A stretch of 42,505 nt of DNA from Gammaproteobacteria bacterium (GCA_047629275.1 JBLHWR010000002.1:1-42505); one strand, 5' to 3'. Shown: positions 27,976 through 39,325, numbered from the stretch's first letter. The notes: generated from the letters alone by a model not told the origin. Numbers and translations: made by a program.

Positions 27976-27992
27976 TTCATGGTCAATTACCG

Positions 27993-28988
27993 GTGACAAG
28001 CCCATTACTCGAAGTCAATAATCTCTCTATTAGTTTTGATACCGACGAGGGAACATTAGAAGCAATTGATAATGTAAGCTTTACTATCCAAGCAGGAGAA
28101 ACCGTGGGTCTAGTCGGCGAGTCAGGCTGTGGGAAAAGTGTCACAGCACACTCCATAATGCGACTTTTACCACAACCAATGGGGCGCATCTCGCAAGGGT
28201 CAGTCAAATTAAATGGAACCGACCTAATCAACCTCACGTTAGCAAACATGGAGTGCATTCGAGGTTCAGACATTGGCATGGTCTTCCAGGAACCAATGAC
28301 CGCTCTCAACCCAGTTCAAACGATTGGTAGACAAATATCTGAGTCTCTCATTCTTCATCTCAACCTCTCTATACCGAAGGCACTCCAGGCCTCGATAGAT
28401 ATTTTGCGACGTGTTAGTGTTCCTTCACCAGAGATAAGGGTGAACGAGTACCCTCACCAATTATCAGGTGGTATGCTTCAGCGAGTGGTCATCGCTATCG
28501 CGCTGGTTTGCAAACCATCACTGCTCATTGCAGACGAACCTACGACGGCACTCGATGTCACTATTCAGGCTCAAATTCTTGGTTTAATTCGCGACTTGCA
28601 AGACGAAATGAAAATGGCTGTTTTACTCATCACCCATGACCTTGGAATCATCGCCGAAACATGCGACCGAGTAATGGTTATGTATGCAGGTAGAATTGTT
28701 GAATCGGGGACTGTTACTGAAATTTTCGACAGTCCAGCTCACCCCTATACTCAAGGTTTACTCAATTCAATCCCAAGGCTTGCGACTCCTTCAAAAAGTC
28801 GATTGCCCATCATTACAGGGCAAGTGCCGAGTATTCGAGACTACCCTGCTGCTTGTCGTTTCGAAAATCGATGCTTACATCGTCTAGCCAAGTGCGCCGA
28901 ATCTGCACCAAAGTCCGAACCAATAAGTAAAAGTCACCAGGTGAGTTGTTTTTCTTGGCAGACCATTCAGACAGGTCAGAACGTTTAA
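27993..28988 (+). CDS. ABC transporter ATP-binding protein (DppD-like; first half of a YejF equivalent)
   Basis: 331 aa with a GTG start. Walker A GESGCGKS, signature LSGGMLQR, Walker B LLIADEPTT, and a C-terminal oligopeptide-type Cys-rich extension. Confidence 0.88.
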   Translation: MTSPLLEVNNLSISFDTDEGTLEAIDNVSFTIQAGETVGLVGESGCGKSVTAHSIMRLLPQPMGRISQGSVKLNGTDLINLTLANMECIRGSDIGMVFQEPMTALNPVQTIGRQISESLILHLNLSIPKALQASIDILRRVSVPSPEIRVNEYPHQLSGGMLQRVVIAIALVCKPSLLIADEPTTALDVTIQAQILGLIRDLQDEMKMAVLLITHDLGIIAETCDRVMVMYAGRIVESGTVTEIFDSPAHPYTQGLLNSIPRLATPSKSRLPIITGQVPSIRDYPAACRFENRCLHRLAKCAESAPKSEPISKSHQVSCFSWQTIQTGQNV

Positions 28989-29953
28989 TGGCTTCACCAT
29001 TACTTGAAGTTAGAAACTTGAAAAAATCCTTCCCGGTGAAAGAAGGACTACTAATGCGCGCCAAAAAGTTTAATCAGGCCGTTGATGATGTCAGTCTTTT
29101 TATACAACCAGGTGAAACTTTGGGATTAGTGGGAGAATCCGGTTGCGGAAAATCGACGCTAGGGCGCTGCATAGTCAAACTCTACCAGCCTGATCAGGGC
29201 CAAATATTATTTAATGGCACGGATATCAATACTCAGAGTAGAACTGAAAAGAAACAACACCACAAATCAGTACAAATGATTTTTCAAGATCCTCTGGAGT
29301 CCCTCAATTCACGCCATACCATAGAACAAATTTTAACCGAGCCTTTTGCAATTCACCAAATCGGTGACCGAAAATGGCGCTTGAAGCGAATACAGACACT
29401 ACTTGACCTAGTTGGACTACCCTCAAACTCAACTTCACGTTACCCATTCGAATTTTCAGGTGGCCAACGCCAAAGAATTGGTATCGCTCGCGCCATTGCT
29501 TTAGGTCCAGAGCTAATAGTCTGTGATGAAGCCGTATCGGCTTTAGACGTTTCAATACAGAGTCAAATTATCAATCTACTGCTTGATTTACAGTCTGAAT
29601 TTAATATAGCCTATTTATTTATTTCTCATGACTTGGCGGTCGTAAAGCACTTTTCTGATCGGATTGCTGTCATGTACTTGGGGCGAATAGTCGAAACTGC
29701 GGATAGCGATACAATATATAAAAACCAAAGGCATCCATACACAAAGTCTTTAATAAATTCAATTCCAGTGGCTGACCCCCATCATAAAAACAAGCGTTTG
29801 ATATTAAAGGGCGACATACCTTCTTCTATTAATCCACCTTCTGGATGTCATTTTCATACGCGGTGCCCTGAGGTTATGCCATGTTGCAAAGTAGACGAAC
29901 CTAAAGTTATAGCTCAAACATCTTCACACAGCTTCAGCTGTCATCTAAATTAG
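28988..29953 (+). CDS. ABC transporter ATP-binding protein (DppF-like; second half of a YejF equivalent)
   Basis: I set the start at [11 protein letters not shown] (ATG at 28988), which overlaps the preceding TAA by 1 nt (TAATG). [26 protein letters not shown]. Confidence 0.88.
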   Translation: MASPLLEVRNLKKSFPVKEGLLMRAKKFNQAVDDVSLFIQPGETLGLVGESGCGKSTLGRCIVKLYQPDQGQILFNGTDINTQSRTEKKQHHKSVQMIFQDPLESLNSRHTIEQILTEPFAIHQIGDRKWRLKRIQTLLDLVGLPSNSTSRYPFEFSGGQRQRIGIARAIALGPELIVCDEAVSALDVSIQSQIINLLLDLQSEFNIAYLFISHDLAVVKHFSDRIAVMYLGRIVETADSDTIYKNQRHPYTKSLINSIPVADPHHKNKRLILKGDIPSSINPPSGCHFHTRCPEVMPCCKVDEPKVIAQTSSHSFSCHLN

Positions 29954-30012
29954 CGACAACTGAGCAGACAAAAATATTTTAAAAACCTACCTAAGAATAC
30001 ACATTAAACAAT

Positions 30013-30411
30013 ATGAATTACACACACGGAATTGAATTTAAAGTAAGAGATTATGAATGCGATATGCAAGGCGTAGTCAACAACGGCATATACCAAAACT
30101 ATCTTGAGCATGCTCGGCATGAATTCTTAATGTCAAAAGGCATTAATTTTGCTGAAATGGTAATGAATAAAATTAATTTAGTTGTGGTGAGAGCAGAGCT
30201 AGATTATCGTGACTCTCTTAAAAGTGGGGACAGCTTTGAAGTGCGAAGTAATATACAGAAAATATCAAAAGTCCGTTTTGAGTTTTTGCAGGATATTTAT
30301 CGTATATCTGATTCAAAACTGATGTTACAGGCAAGAATTATAGGCACTTCGCTTAACGATCGAGGCAGACCGTTTAAACTTGATGTGTTATCTCAATTGT
30401 TCGATGACTAA
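30013..30411 (+). CDS. hotdog-fold acyl-CoA thioesterase (YbgC/4HBT family)
   Basis: 132 aa. The N-terminal VRDYECDMQGVVNNGIYQNYLEHAR is typical of 4HBT class II/YbgC thioesterases. Confidence 0.75.
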   Translation: MNYTHGIEFKVRDYECDMQGVVNNGIYQNYLEHARHEFLMSKGINFAEMVMNKINLVVVRAELDYRDSLKSGDSFEVRSNIQKISKVRFEFLQDIYRISDSKLMLQARIIGTSLNDRGRPFKLDVLSQLFDD

Positions 30412-30420
30412 TAGCCCTAA

Positions 30421-30897
30421 CTAACAATGAGTAGCCTGCGCTAACTCAGGCTGGTAACTTTTAGAGATATCACTGAAAGCATGAATAGCCTGATTGATAT
30501 CCTCTGTCGTAGCCAGTTGAAACTGACTAAAACCACAACGCTGCATGAAAGATAACTGATCTCGAATGACATCACCCACAGCGCGTATATGGCCCTGATA
30601 GCGATAACGAGCTCTAAGCAACTTAGACTGACTAAAAGCCCGGCCATCAGCAAACACCTTGAACTGAAAAACAACCATCTGTAAATCGTTTAGAAAAGGT
30701 AAAACATCTTCGACTAAGTCAGTCTCATTTAGGATGACCGCCAATGATTTTGATTTTTTACTGAGTTGCTCAAACTGATTTTTTAGATGATCTAAACTGA
30801 CGATAACTTTAAGATCCACATCAAAATTAAGGGTTTCATGAGTTATATATAACCACTCATCATCAATAACCTGATGGTTATTAATCACTATCGACAT
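30421..30897 (-). CDS. DUF934 protein (sulfite-reductase-associated)
   Basis: I set the start at MSIVINNHQVIDDEW (ATG at 30897). It lies immediately downstream of cysI and overlaps it by 17 nt, the arrangement found in pseudomonads. Confidence 0.7.
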   Translation of the reverse strand: MSIVINNHQVIDDEWLYITHETLNFDVDLKVIVSLDHLKNQFEQLSKKSKSLAVILNETDLVEDVLPFLNDLQMVVFQFKVFADGRAFSQSKLLRARYRYQGHIRAVGDVIRDQLSFMQRCGFSQFQLATTEDINQAIHAFSDISKSYQPELAQATHC

Positions 30898-32539
30898 AAA
30901 CTTGCTCCTTAAATGGAGAACGTCCAACTCGTGCTAGTGTCTGTAGGAAGTTTTCATCACATTCTCTCAACTCAAGGTAGACCTCGATAATTTTTTCGAC
31001 CGAATCACCTATCTTACTTTTTTCTACTGAGGGCCCAAGCACTTTGCCCAACGCAGTATGATTGGATGCAGAACCCCCGAGTGTTATTTGGTACCAATCC
31101 TCACCTTTTTTGTCGACTCCTAGTAAACCTATGTGCCCGACATGATGGTGTCCACAGGCGTTCATACAGCCTGAGATTTTAATATTTAATTCGCCTACAT
31201 CATACAGCCGATCTAGTTTCTCGAATCGGGCCATAATGTCTTCTGACACGTCAATTGAAGTCGCATTGGCCAGGCTACAAAAATCGAAACCAGGACAGCA
31301 AATCAAATCAGTCACCGTATCAATATTCGGTGTTGCCAATTTCAGTTTATTGAGTTTTCGCCACAGTTGATATAACTGAGTTTGTTGGACATGAGCCAAC
31401 ACCATATTTTGAGAATAAGTCGTACGGATTTCTCCCATACTAAATTCATCAGCAAGATTAGCTATGCCATCCATTTGTAAATCATTCACGTCTCCTGGCG
31501 CTTGTCCGTGGCCTTTTAGAGAAACATATACAATACGGTAACCAGACTTTTTATGTAGACGAGTATTTTGTTGACACCAAGATGAAAATATTGGGTTGGT
31601 CAAAAGATTTTGTTCGTGGTCTTTATCAGTAGCAGGTAAATCCTGATACTGAATAAAATTAAAAGCGTCGGTTATTGTCTGAATTCGAGCATTGGTCAGT
31701 TTCAAATCTGAATCACGCACTTGGATCCATTCCTCTTCCACCATGTCTCGAAACTTATTAATACCAATAGCATTCACGAGAATCTTGATACGGGCTTTGT
31801 ATATATTGTCTCTTCGGCCATAAAGATTATAAACACGTAAAATAGCATCTAGATAACTCAGAAAATCGGTTCGAGGTAAAAAGTCTCTAATCACTTTCCC
31901 TATTACTGGAGTACGGCCCATACCTCCACCCACATAAACCTTGAAACCCACTTCACCTTCATTATTTCGTAATACTTGTAAACCAATATCATGTACCTGA
32001 AGTGCGACTCTATCTTCAGTTGAACCTGTTACAGCGAACTTAAATTTTCGGGGTAGATAAGAAAACTCGGGATGTAAAGTAGACCACTGACGAATAATTT
32101 CACACCAAACTCTTGGGTCTTCCACTTCATCAACTGCAGCACCTGCCAATGGGTCTGAAGTAACATTCCGAATACAATTGCCACTGGTTTGGATAGCATG
32201 CATTTGCACCTTCGCTAGATCTGCAAGAATATCTGGAACACTTTCAATCGTTGGCCAATTAAACTGAAAGTTCTGCCTAGTGGTAACATGAGCATAACTT
32301 TTATCATAAATACGAGATATGTTTGCTAACATGCGCATTTGAGTAGAATCTAATACGCCATAGGGGACAGCAACACGCAACATGGGTGCATGCCGCTGAA
32401 CATATAAACCGTTTCTTAAACGTAATTGTTTATAAACTTCTTCGTCTAACTTGCCAGCTAAAAAACGCGTCGTTTGATCTCGAAATTGGATAACTCGCTC
32501 ATCTACGAGCGTCTGATCTATTTGACTATATGCGTACAT
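30881..32539 (-). CDS. cysI: assimilatory sulfite reductase hemoprotein (nitrite/sulfite reductase family)
   Basis: 552 aa. Siroheme/4Fe-4S Cys cluster: TSGNCIRN...; CPGFDFCSLA; ISGCMNACGHHHVGHIG. Confidence 0.85.
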   Translation of the reverse strand: MYAYSQIDQTLVDERVIQFRDQTTRFLAGKLDEEVYKQLRLRNGLYVQRHAPMLRVAVPYGVLDSTQMRMLANISRIYDKSYAHVTTRQNFQFNWPTIESVPDILADLAKVQMHAIQTSGNCIRNVTSDPLAGAAVDEVEDPRVWCEIIRQWSTLHPEFSYLPRKFKFAVTGSTEDRVALQVHDIGLQVLRNNEGEVGFKVYVGGGMGRTPVIGKVIRDFLPRTDFLSYLDAILRVYNLYGRRDNIYKARIKILVNAIGINKFRDMVEEEWIQVRDSDLKLTNARIQTITDAFNFIQYQDLPATDKDHEQNLLTNPIFSSWCQQNTRLHKKSGYRIVYVSLKGHGQAPGDVNDLQMDGIANLADEFSMGEIRTTYSQNMVLAHVQQTQLYQLWRKLNKLKLATPNIDTVTDLICCPGFDFCSLANATSIDVSEDIMARFEKLDRLYDVGELNIKISGCMNACGHHHVGHIGLLGVDKKGEDWYQITLGGSASNHTALGKVLGPSVEKSKIGDSVEKIIEVYLELRECDENFLQTLARVGRSPFKEQVYVDSD

Positions 32540-32869
32540 TTCCTTCCTGTAAGTGAATATAAAACAGGCTGGTACTATAGCTTAGAGATGTTAGGCCAAT
32601 AAATGATATTTCCAGATACAATATTCGTAATAGAAATATGAACAATAGAAATTCAGAGAACAGACTAATGAGGCTATCAGACTCACTTAATCTGAAAAAA
32701 CACAAATCATATAAATGGTAATTTAACCCTAAAAATTACTAAGAATTCAATAGTTGGGAGAATGGAATTAGATCGATAATTAATAGGGGGTGATTAAACA
32801 ACCAGTATAATCTATCTATACTGGTTATTAAGTCTTGATTCATATAGCTAAAAGACTAGCCAATTAAAT

Positions 32870-34762
32870 TTACTGAGAATCTTGAAGCGGAGCTCTAACT
32901 ACCTCTGATCTATTTACCAACAACTTTAGAATTGATTGGAATTCAGCAGCAGACTGAGAAACGGTTAACGCTTTAACTTTAGCAGCGTCTTGGTCAGACA
33001 TGCTTGATAAAATAGCTGATAGCTCTACAATTGAATATCGCCCATCTGGGTGTGAAAAACCATCGAAAAGTTGGAAACTGTCAGGTTTATCCATTGAGAA
33101 AGCTAACCGGAGAAGTTCATTATCCAACTCACTACTATCTCTAGATACAAAACCAATATCAATAATAGTAGCACTCCAACCTTCTGCGATATCATCAAGA
33201 GACTGACCACTCGACAAAGCTACTAGAGCTTGCTTACCAACTACTTGACTCTCTTCTCGACCTTTTGTTTGACGAATAATGGAATCAATTAGATCGGTGA
33301 CTTCTGCGATATCTTTTTGAGCAGCAGATTGATGGTTTTTCACCCGAAGGAACACAACACGATTATCTGATAGTTCAATAGCTTCACTGTTGAGGTCTTG
33401 CGAAAGCACCTCATCAGAAAAAGCTACATTTCTAACTTTAGCTTCAGTTGCAATACCCTGGCCTGATTGAGCATCAAACCAATCGGAAGTTTGTAGTTCT
33501 AAACCAAGCTCATCAGCAGCAGGTTTTAATGAATCTGACTGCTCGTAGGCCAGGTTTGCAAGTCTTTCAGTTAAATCAAAAATTTTACTTTCTGCAAGCT
33601 CAGTCTGTATTTCATCAAGCAAATCAAATTTAACATCGGCAAAAGGCTTGACTTCGCCCCCATTAACTTTATCTAGTTGAATTAAATGCCAACCAAAAGA
33701 TGTTTTAACTGGTTCGCTCAAATCACCTACTGCCATTTCAAATAATGCATCTTGAAATGGCTTTACCATCATTCCGAGTTCTATATCACCTAAACTACCG
33801 CCATTTTGTGCTGAACCAGGATCGTCGGAACTCTGTTTAGCAACTTCACTAAAAGGAGTTCCTTGAGTGATTTGATCTCGAATCGTTATTAATTTTTGAC
33901 GGATTAAATCACTCTCTTCATCAGAGGCATCCGCATCAAGCTTTAATAAAATATGGCTGGCTGAGCGCGACTCAGGCGTGGTGTAAGAACTTTTAGATTG
34001 ATTATATCGATCAGACAATTGGCTATCCGTTATGTCTAATGAAGCCTTAATGCCATCAAGACTCAACTCGATATATTCAATTTGGAGACGTTCTGGCGTC
34101 ATAAATCTGGCATTATTTTTATCAAAATATTGCTCTATTTCTGATTGGCTAATTTCAATTTTAGTATTTTGATCTGGTCGAGTTAACACTCGAACTTTTC
34201 GCGTTTGGTTTTGCAAACTAGTTAGCTGATTTTCAATAGCTCGAACCGTAAAAGCTGTAGAATTAAGTCCCGTTTGTAATTGATCGATTGATTGACTTCG
34301 TCGAAACTCTTGTTCAAAACCAGCGGTAGAGTAGCCTAAAGAGGCAACTTGAGATTGATAAATACTGGGGTTAAATATGCCATCAGTGTGAAATGCTTCA
34401 ATAGAGCGAATTAGTTTATTTAGTTCAACATTACCAATGCGATACAATTTATTATCAGCATATTGACTGAGAGCAGACTGTTCAACTAATTGCGTTAAAA
34501 CCTGCTCTTTCAAAACGCCTTCACCTGCGAAATAATCGGGAATTGAACCACCAAAAGCACGTTCTAATTGGCGACGATAATTAGCATAAGCCGTATCAAA
34601 ATTTTGTTGAGAAATGGCTTGGCCATCAACTGTTGCTGGCGGTGTTACTTCACCTCCACCTAGGTATGAATTAACGCCCCACAATGCAAAAGGAACGCAA
34701 ATTAAAAAAACTATAACGTAGGCTATCCAGCCAGTGGTCTTATCTCTAATCGCTTGCAACAT
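32870..34762 (-). CDS. ppiD: periplasmic chaperone / peptidyl-prolyl isomerase D
   Basis: 630 aa. N-terminal membrane anchor (GWIAYVIVFLICVPFALWG) and a parvulin domain (ASHILL...GGSLG...FGWHLI). Position after hupB. Confidence 0.88.
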   Translation of the reverse strand: MLQAIRDKTTGWIAYVIVFLICVPFALWGVNSYLGGGEVTPPATVDGQAISQQNFDTAYANYRRQLERAFGGSIPDYFAGEGVLKEQVLTQLVEQSALSQYADNKLYRIGNVELNKLIRSIEAFHTDGIFNPSIYQSQVASLGYSTAGFEQEFRRSQSIDQLQTGLNSTAFTVRAIENQLTSLQNQTRKVRVLTRPDQNTKIEISQSEIEQYFDKNNARFMTPERLQIEYIELSLDGIKASLDITDSQLSDRYNQSKSSYTTPESRSASHILLKLDADASDEESDLIRQKLITIRDQITQGTPFSEVAKQSSDDPGSAQNGGSLGDIELGMMVKPFQDALFEMAVGDLSEPVKTSFGWHLIQLDKVNGGEVKPFADVKFDLLDEIQTELAESKIFDLTERLANLAYEQSDSLKPAADELGLELQTSDWFDAQSGQGIATEAKVRNVAFSDEVLSQDLNSEAIELSDNRVVFLRVKNHQSAAQKDIAEVTDLIDSIIRQTKGREESQVVGKQALVALSSGQSLDDIAEGWSATIIDIGFVSRDSSELDNELLRLAFSMDKPDSFQLFDGFSHPDGRYSIVELSAILSSMSDQDAAKVKALTVSQSAAEFQSILKLLVNRSEVVRAPLQDSQ

Positions 34763-34798
34763 GATAATTATTCGCTTTGTTGGGCGGGCATTTAAATT

Positions 34799-34830
34799 AA
34801 AAAAAAACGCCCATTAGAGGGCGCTTTTTA
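34799..34830. terminator. bidirectional intrinsic terminator
   Basis: A9-CGCCC-ATTAGA-GGGCG-C-T5. On the minus strand, the GC stem is followed by U9, directly after the 3' end of tRNA-Asp. Confidence 0.65.
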
Positions 34831-34833
34831 AGT

Positions 34834-34910
34834 TGGCGGAGTGGACGGGACTCGAACCCGCGACCCCCGGCGTGACAGGCCGGTATTCTAACCAACTGAA
34901 CTACCACTCC
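34834..34910 (-). tRNA. tRNA-Asp (GTC)
   Basis: The reverse complement GGAGTGGTAGTTCAGTTGGTTAGAATACCGGCCTGTCACGCCGGGGGTCGCGGGTTCGAGTCCCGTCCACTCCGCCA is a cloverleaf with an encoded CCA. It is nearly identical to E. coli tRNA-Asp. Confidence 0.95.
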
Positions 34911-34915
34911 ATTTT

Positions 34916-34991
34916 TGGTGGGTGCTGAGGGGATCGAACCCCCGACCCTCGCCTTGTAAGGGCGATGCTCTCCCAGCTGAGCTAAGCACCC
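34916..34991 (-). tRNA. tRNA-Val (TAC)
   Basis: Reverse complement: GGGTGCTTAGCTCAGCTGGGAGAGCATCGCCCTTACAAGGCGAGGGTCGGGGGTTCGATCCCCTCAGCACCCACCA. Confidence 0.95.
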
Positions 34992-35008
34992 AGGTCACTA
35001 AAGGAGCG

Positions 35009-35281
35009 CTAGTTTACTGCGTCTTTTAACGCTTTACCAGCCTTAAATGCAGGAACTTTCGATGCTTTAATTTGAATAGTTTCACCCGTACGTGGGTTAC
35101 GTCCAGCACGTGCTTCACGCTGACGTACGAGGAATGTTCCAAAGCCTACAACCGTAACTTGTCCACCAGATTTTAGCTCTTGTGTTAAAGCAGCAATGAC
35201 ACCATCAACTGCTCGAGCTGAGTCTGCTTTACTTAAATCTGCTGCACCGGCAACTGCATCAATTAGTTCTGATTTATTCAT
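35009..35281 (-). CDS. hupB: DNA-binding protein HU-beta
   Basis: 90 aa: [11 protein letters not shown]...GFGTF...[14 protein letters not shown]. Confidence 0.93.
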   Translation of the reverse strand: MNKSELIDAVAGAADLSKADSARAVDGVIAALTQELKSGGQVTVVGFGTFLVRQREARAGRNPRTGETIQIKASKVPAFKAGKALKDAVN

Positions 35282-35510
35282 TCGAGTTTACCCTATTGGT
35301 TTATTAATTATAATCAGTAATATATCTAAGAATCTTGCGAAAGTGTTAGAATCATTTCTTTGAATTCTTTTTTATATAATGAATTCAGACAGTAAATATA
35401 CAATCAACTTTCTGAGGTTTGATTAAACCAATAGTAGGCTTTAGGGTCAACATAAATAAGATAAATAACCTTAAAATGATGAAATTTAGGCCTACTATCT
35501 GGTTTAATAT

Positions 35511-37949
35511 TTAATGAGCCCTGGCACCCGACGACTTTTTCTCTTTACTCGCTACTTTTGAAGGCTCACTAGTAGAAACCAATGGCCCAACAATCGGCGT
35601 TGGTTGATATTCCAAAGCAACCTCTAGGACTTGATCAATCCATCTAACCGGAATAATTGTTATGTTTGCAACAATATTTTTGGGGATATCAGCCAAATCT
35701 TTTTCATTCTCATCAGGAATTAAAACCGTTGTAATGCCACCACGATGTGCTGCTAACAACTTTTCTTTTAAACCACCAATTGGAAGCACTTCACCACGAA
35801 GTGTAATTTCACCTGTCATCGCAACATTGGCTTTCACTGGAATACCCGTTAAAGCAGAAACCAGTGCGGTGCACATTCCGACTCCAGCACTCGGCCCATC
35901 CTTAGGAGTCGCACCTTCAGGAACATGAATATGAATATCTTTTGTTTCATTAAACTCAGGGTTAATACCGAGTACACGTGCACGACTGCGTACAACTGTT
36001 AGTGCCGCTTGAATTGATTCTTTCATGACATCACCCAACTGACCGGTTTGAACAAATTTCCCTTTACCATCAACAATCACGGACTCAATAGTAAGTAACT
36101 CACCGCCAACTTGCGTCCAAGCTAAGCCTGTCACTTGACCTACCTGATTTTTTTCTTCCGCAGAACCAAAACGGAAACGTTTAACGCCTAAATATTTTTC
36201 GACATTCTTAGCGTCAACAATTACTTTCTTGTTTGATGGTTGAAGCAATAGATCTTTTACAACCTTTCTACATATCTTTGAAACTTCACGTTCAAGGCTA
36301 CGAACACCTGCTTCACGGGTGTAGCGTTGAATTATTTCCAAAACTGCTTCCTTGTTAATAACAATTTCATTTTCCTTTAACCCATTTTCTTTTATCTGTT
36401 TAGGCACTAAATACTTCATTGCTATATTTAGCTTTTCGTCTTCAGTGTAACCAGGAATTCGAATAACTTCCATACGATCTAGCAATGGACCCGGAATATT
36501 CATACTATTAGATGTTGCGACAAACATGACATCAGATAAGTCGAAATCAACTTCAAGATAATGATCCGCAAAAGTATTATTTTGTTCGGGGTCTAACACT
36601 TCCAATAAAGCAGAAGCTGGATCACCGCGAAAATCCATAGCCATTTTATCAATTTCATCAAGTAAAAAAAGTGGGTTCTTGACTTTGACCTTTGATAAAT
36701 TTTGAATGATCTTGCCTGGCATTGACCCTATATAAGTTCTTCGATGACCCCTTATTTCAGATTCATCTCGTACGCCACCCAAAGACATGCGTGAAAACTT
36801 TCGATTAGTGGCTCTTGCGATAGACCGACCAATTGAGGTTTTACCAACGCCCGGTGGACCAACCAAACATAGGATTGGACCCTTTAATTTTTGCACGCGT
36901 TGTTGAACTGCGAGATACTCAAGAATTCTCTCCTTAACTTTTTCCAAACCATAATGATCTTCTTCTAATATCTTTTCTGCCTGAGCTAAATCACGACGAA
37001 TTTTTGATTTCTTTTTCCAAGGAACTGTGACTAACCAGTCAATATAATTTCGAACCACGCTTGCTTCAGCAGACATGGGAGACATCATTTTTAATTTATG
37101 CAGTTCGGAATCTGCTTTCTCTCTGGCATCTTTTGACATGCCTGACTTTTCAATTTTATTTTGCAGATCTTCTATTTCATTAGGCGTATCTTCCATGTCA
37201 CCCAGTTCTTTTTGAATTGCCTTCATTTGTTCGTTCAAATAATATTCGCGCTGGCTCTTCTCCATCTGCTGTTTGACGCGACCGCGAATTCGCTTCTCGA
37301 TTTGCATTAAGTCGATTTCGCCTTCGATCTTACTCATAATGTGTTCGATGCGTTCGCGAGGATTCTGAATTTCAAGAATCTCCTGCTTTTCGTTAAGCTT
37401 TAACGACATATGAGCGGCAATGGTATCAGCTAGACGACTGGGATCATCAATGCCCGATAGTGACGTTAAAATTTCAGGCGGCACTTTTTTATTAAGCTTG
37501 ACGTATTGATCAAATAAATTGAGGACTGAACGAAGTAAAACTTCGGCTTCTCGATCTTCAGCCAAAATAGTTTTTTCTTGGATTTGAATAGATGCAGAAA
37601 AATATTCATTTGTATCAAAAATACTTTTAACAAGAACTCTATCACCACCCTCAACCAGCACCTTAATAGTGCCGTCTGGTAATTTAAGCATTTGTAGAAT
37701 AGTAGAGAGCGTGCCTATTTGGTATAAATCTTTAGCAGCTGGATCATCATCTTCTGCATTATTTTGAGCCAATAACAATATCTTTTTATTGTCTGACATG
37801 GCAGCTTCAAGTGCCAGGATGGATTTTTCGCGCCCTACGAAAAGAGGGATCACCATATGCGGATAAACAACAACATCGCGAAGCGGCAAAACAGGTATTA
37901 ATTGATTATTCTCTGACTCTGCAAGCGGAGTATTTTCAATGTCTGACAT
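35511..37949 (-). CDS. lon: ATP-dependent Lon protease
   Basis: 812 aa. Walker [10 protein letters not shown] and protease motif PKDGPSAGV. Gene order clpX-lon-hupB. Confidence 0.95.
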   Translation of the reverse strand: MSDIENTPLAESENNQLIPVLPLRDVVVYPHMVIPLFVGREKSILALEAAMSDNKKILLLAQNNAEDDDPAAKDLYQIGTLSTILQMLKLPDGTIKVLVEGGDRVLVKSIFDTNEYFSASIQIQEKTILAEDREAEVLLRSVLNLFDQYVKLNKKVPPEILTSLSGIDDPSRLADTIAAHMSLKLNEKQEILEIQNPRERIEHIMSKIEGEIDLMQIEKRIRGRVKQQMEKSQREYYLNEQMKAIQKELGDMEDTPNEIEDLQNKIEKSGMSKDAREKADSELHKLKMMSPMSAEASVVRNYIDWLVTVPWKKKSKIRRDLAQAEKILEEDHYGLEKVKERILEYLAVQQRVQKLKGPILCLVGPPGVGKTSIGRSIARATNRKFSRMSLGGVRDESEIRGHRRTYIGSMPGKIIQNLSKVKVKNPLFLLDEIDKMAMDFRGDPASALLEVLDPEQNNTFADHYLEVDFDLSDVMFVATSNSMNIPGPLLDRMEVIRIPGYTEDEKLNIAMKYLVPKQIKENGLKENEIVINKEAVLEIIQRYTREAGVRSLEREVSKICRKVVKDLLLQPSNKKVIVDAKNVEKYLGVKRFRFGSAEEKNQVGQVTGLAWTQVGGELLTIESVIVDGKGKFVQTGQLGDVMKESIQAALTVVRSRARVLGINPEFNETKDIHIHVPEGATPKDGPSAGVGMCTALVSALTGIPVKANVAMTGEITLRGEVLPIGGLKEKLLAAHRGGITTVLIPDENEKDLADIPKNIVANITIIPVRWIDQVLEVALEYQPTPIVGPLVSTSEPSKVASKEKKSSGARAH

Positions 37950-38041
37950 AAACGCCTCTAATCTTAAGTGTCAATTTAATATGGGACTGATAATTCCCTT
38001 TTCAACCCTAAAGTAAGAGGCGTTTTATAGGTCAGTCCCTG

Positions 38042-39325
38042 TTAGTCGTCGGAAGCAACCCGCTTCTGCATCTCACCACCTTCATAGATAATATAAGGCT
38101 GTGACTTACCCTCAATTACAGACGCATCGACTACAACTTTGCTTACATTTTCCATGGATGGAAGATCATACATAATTTCAAGCAAGGTGTTTTCGAGTAT
38201 AGTTCTCAGGCCTCGAGCACCTGTTTTTCTTTCCATTGCTTTTTTAGCAACTGCACTTAAAGAATCCGTGCGAAATTCGATTTCACAACCTTCAAGTTCA
38301 AACATTTTTTGATATTGTTTTGTTATAGCGTTTTTAGGCTCAGTGAGGATTTTAATGAGGGCGACTTCATCAAGCTCTTCAAGAGTTGCTACCACAGGTA
38401 AACGACCGACAAACTCTGGAATTAAACCATACTTTATCAAATCTTCTGGTTCTACTTCACTAATAACTTCACCAAAGAGCTTTTCCTTGTCTTGGCTTTT
38501 GAGACTTGCACCAAAACCAATACCACCTTTTTCAGATCGGTTCAGGATCACCTTATCTAGTCCAGAAAAGGCACCCCCACAGATGAATAGAATCTTGCCG
38601 GTATCAACCTGCAGAAATTCTTGCTGCGGATGTTTCCTACCACCTTGAGGGGGGACCGAAGCTATTGTTCCTTCTATGAGTTTTAATAAAGCTTGTTGAA
38701 CGCCTTCACCAGACACATCTCGGGTAATTGAAGGATTATCAGACTTTCTTGAAATCTTATCAATTTCATCAATATAGACAATACCTGTCTGAGCTTTTTC
38801 AACGTCGTAGTCACATTTTTGTAATAATTTTTGAATGATATTTTCAACATCTTCCCCCACATAACCAGCTTCAGTGAGGGTGGTAGCATCTGCAATAGCA
38901 AAGGGTACATTGAGCGTACGGGCGAGCGTTTCTGCTAGCAGTGTTTTTCCAGAACCGGTTGGTCCTATTAAAAGAATATTACTCTTAGATAGCTCGATTT
39001 CATCTTTAATGTGACCAGCTTCAAGGCGTTTGTAATGATTGTAAACCGCAACTGCAAGAACCTTCTTTGCGCGACTTTGACCAATAACATATTCGTCTAA
39101 GACGTTGAATATGTCATGCGGAATTGGCAACTTACCTTCGGTATCATCACTTTTTTCCTGTATTTCTTCTCGGATGATATCGTTACAAAGATCTACACAT
39201 TCATCACAAATAAAAACCGAAGGTCCAGCGATTAGTTTTCTAACTTCATGCTGACTCTTGCCACAAAACGAGCAATACAGGAGCTTTTCATCTTTATTAT
39301 TTGTTTTACTTTTATCATCACTCAT
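38042..39325 (-). CDS. clpX: ATP-dependent Clp protease ATP-binding subunit ClpX
   Basis: Zinc finger [27 protein letters not shown] and Walker [10 protein letters not shown] took the ATG at 39325 rather than the track's GTG two codons upstream. Confidence 0.93.
   Translation of the reverse strand: MSDDKSKTNNKDEKLLYCSFCGKSQHEVRKLIAGPSVFICDECVDLCNDIIREEIQEKSDDTEGKLPIPHDIFNVLDEYVIGQSRAKKVLAVAVYNHYKRLEAGHIKDEIELSKSNILLIGPTGSGKTLLAETLARTLNVPFAIADATTLTEAGYVGEDVENIIQKLLQKCDYDVEKAQTGIVYIDEIDKISRKSDNPSITRDVSGEGVQQALLKLIEGTIASVPPQGGRKHPQQEFLQVDTGKILFICGGAFSGLDKVILNRSEKGGIGFGASLKSQDKEKLFGEVISEVEPEDLIKYGLIPEFVGRLPVVATLEELDEVALIKILTEPKNAITKQYQKMFELEGCEIEFRTDSLSAVAKKAMERKTGARGLRTILENTLLEIMYDLPSMENVSKVVVDASVIEGKSQPYIIYEGGEMQKRVASDD

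Noticed and set aside
27983-28309. 108-aa minus-strand ORF
   Set aside because: It lies antisense to the Walker A region of the first Yej-type ATPase gene and is a shadow ORF.
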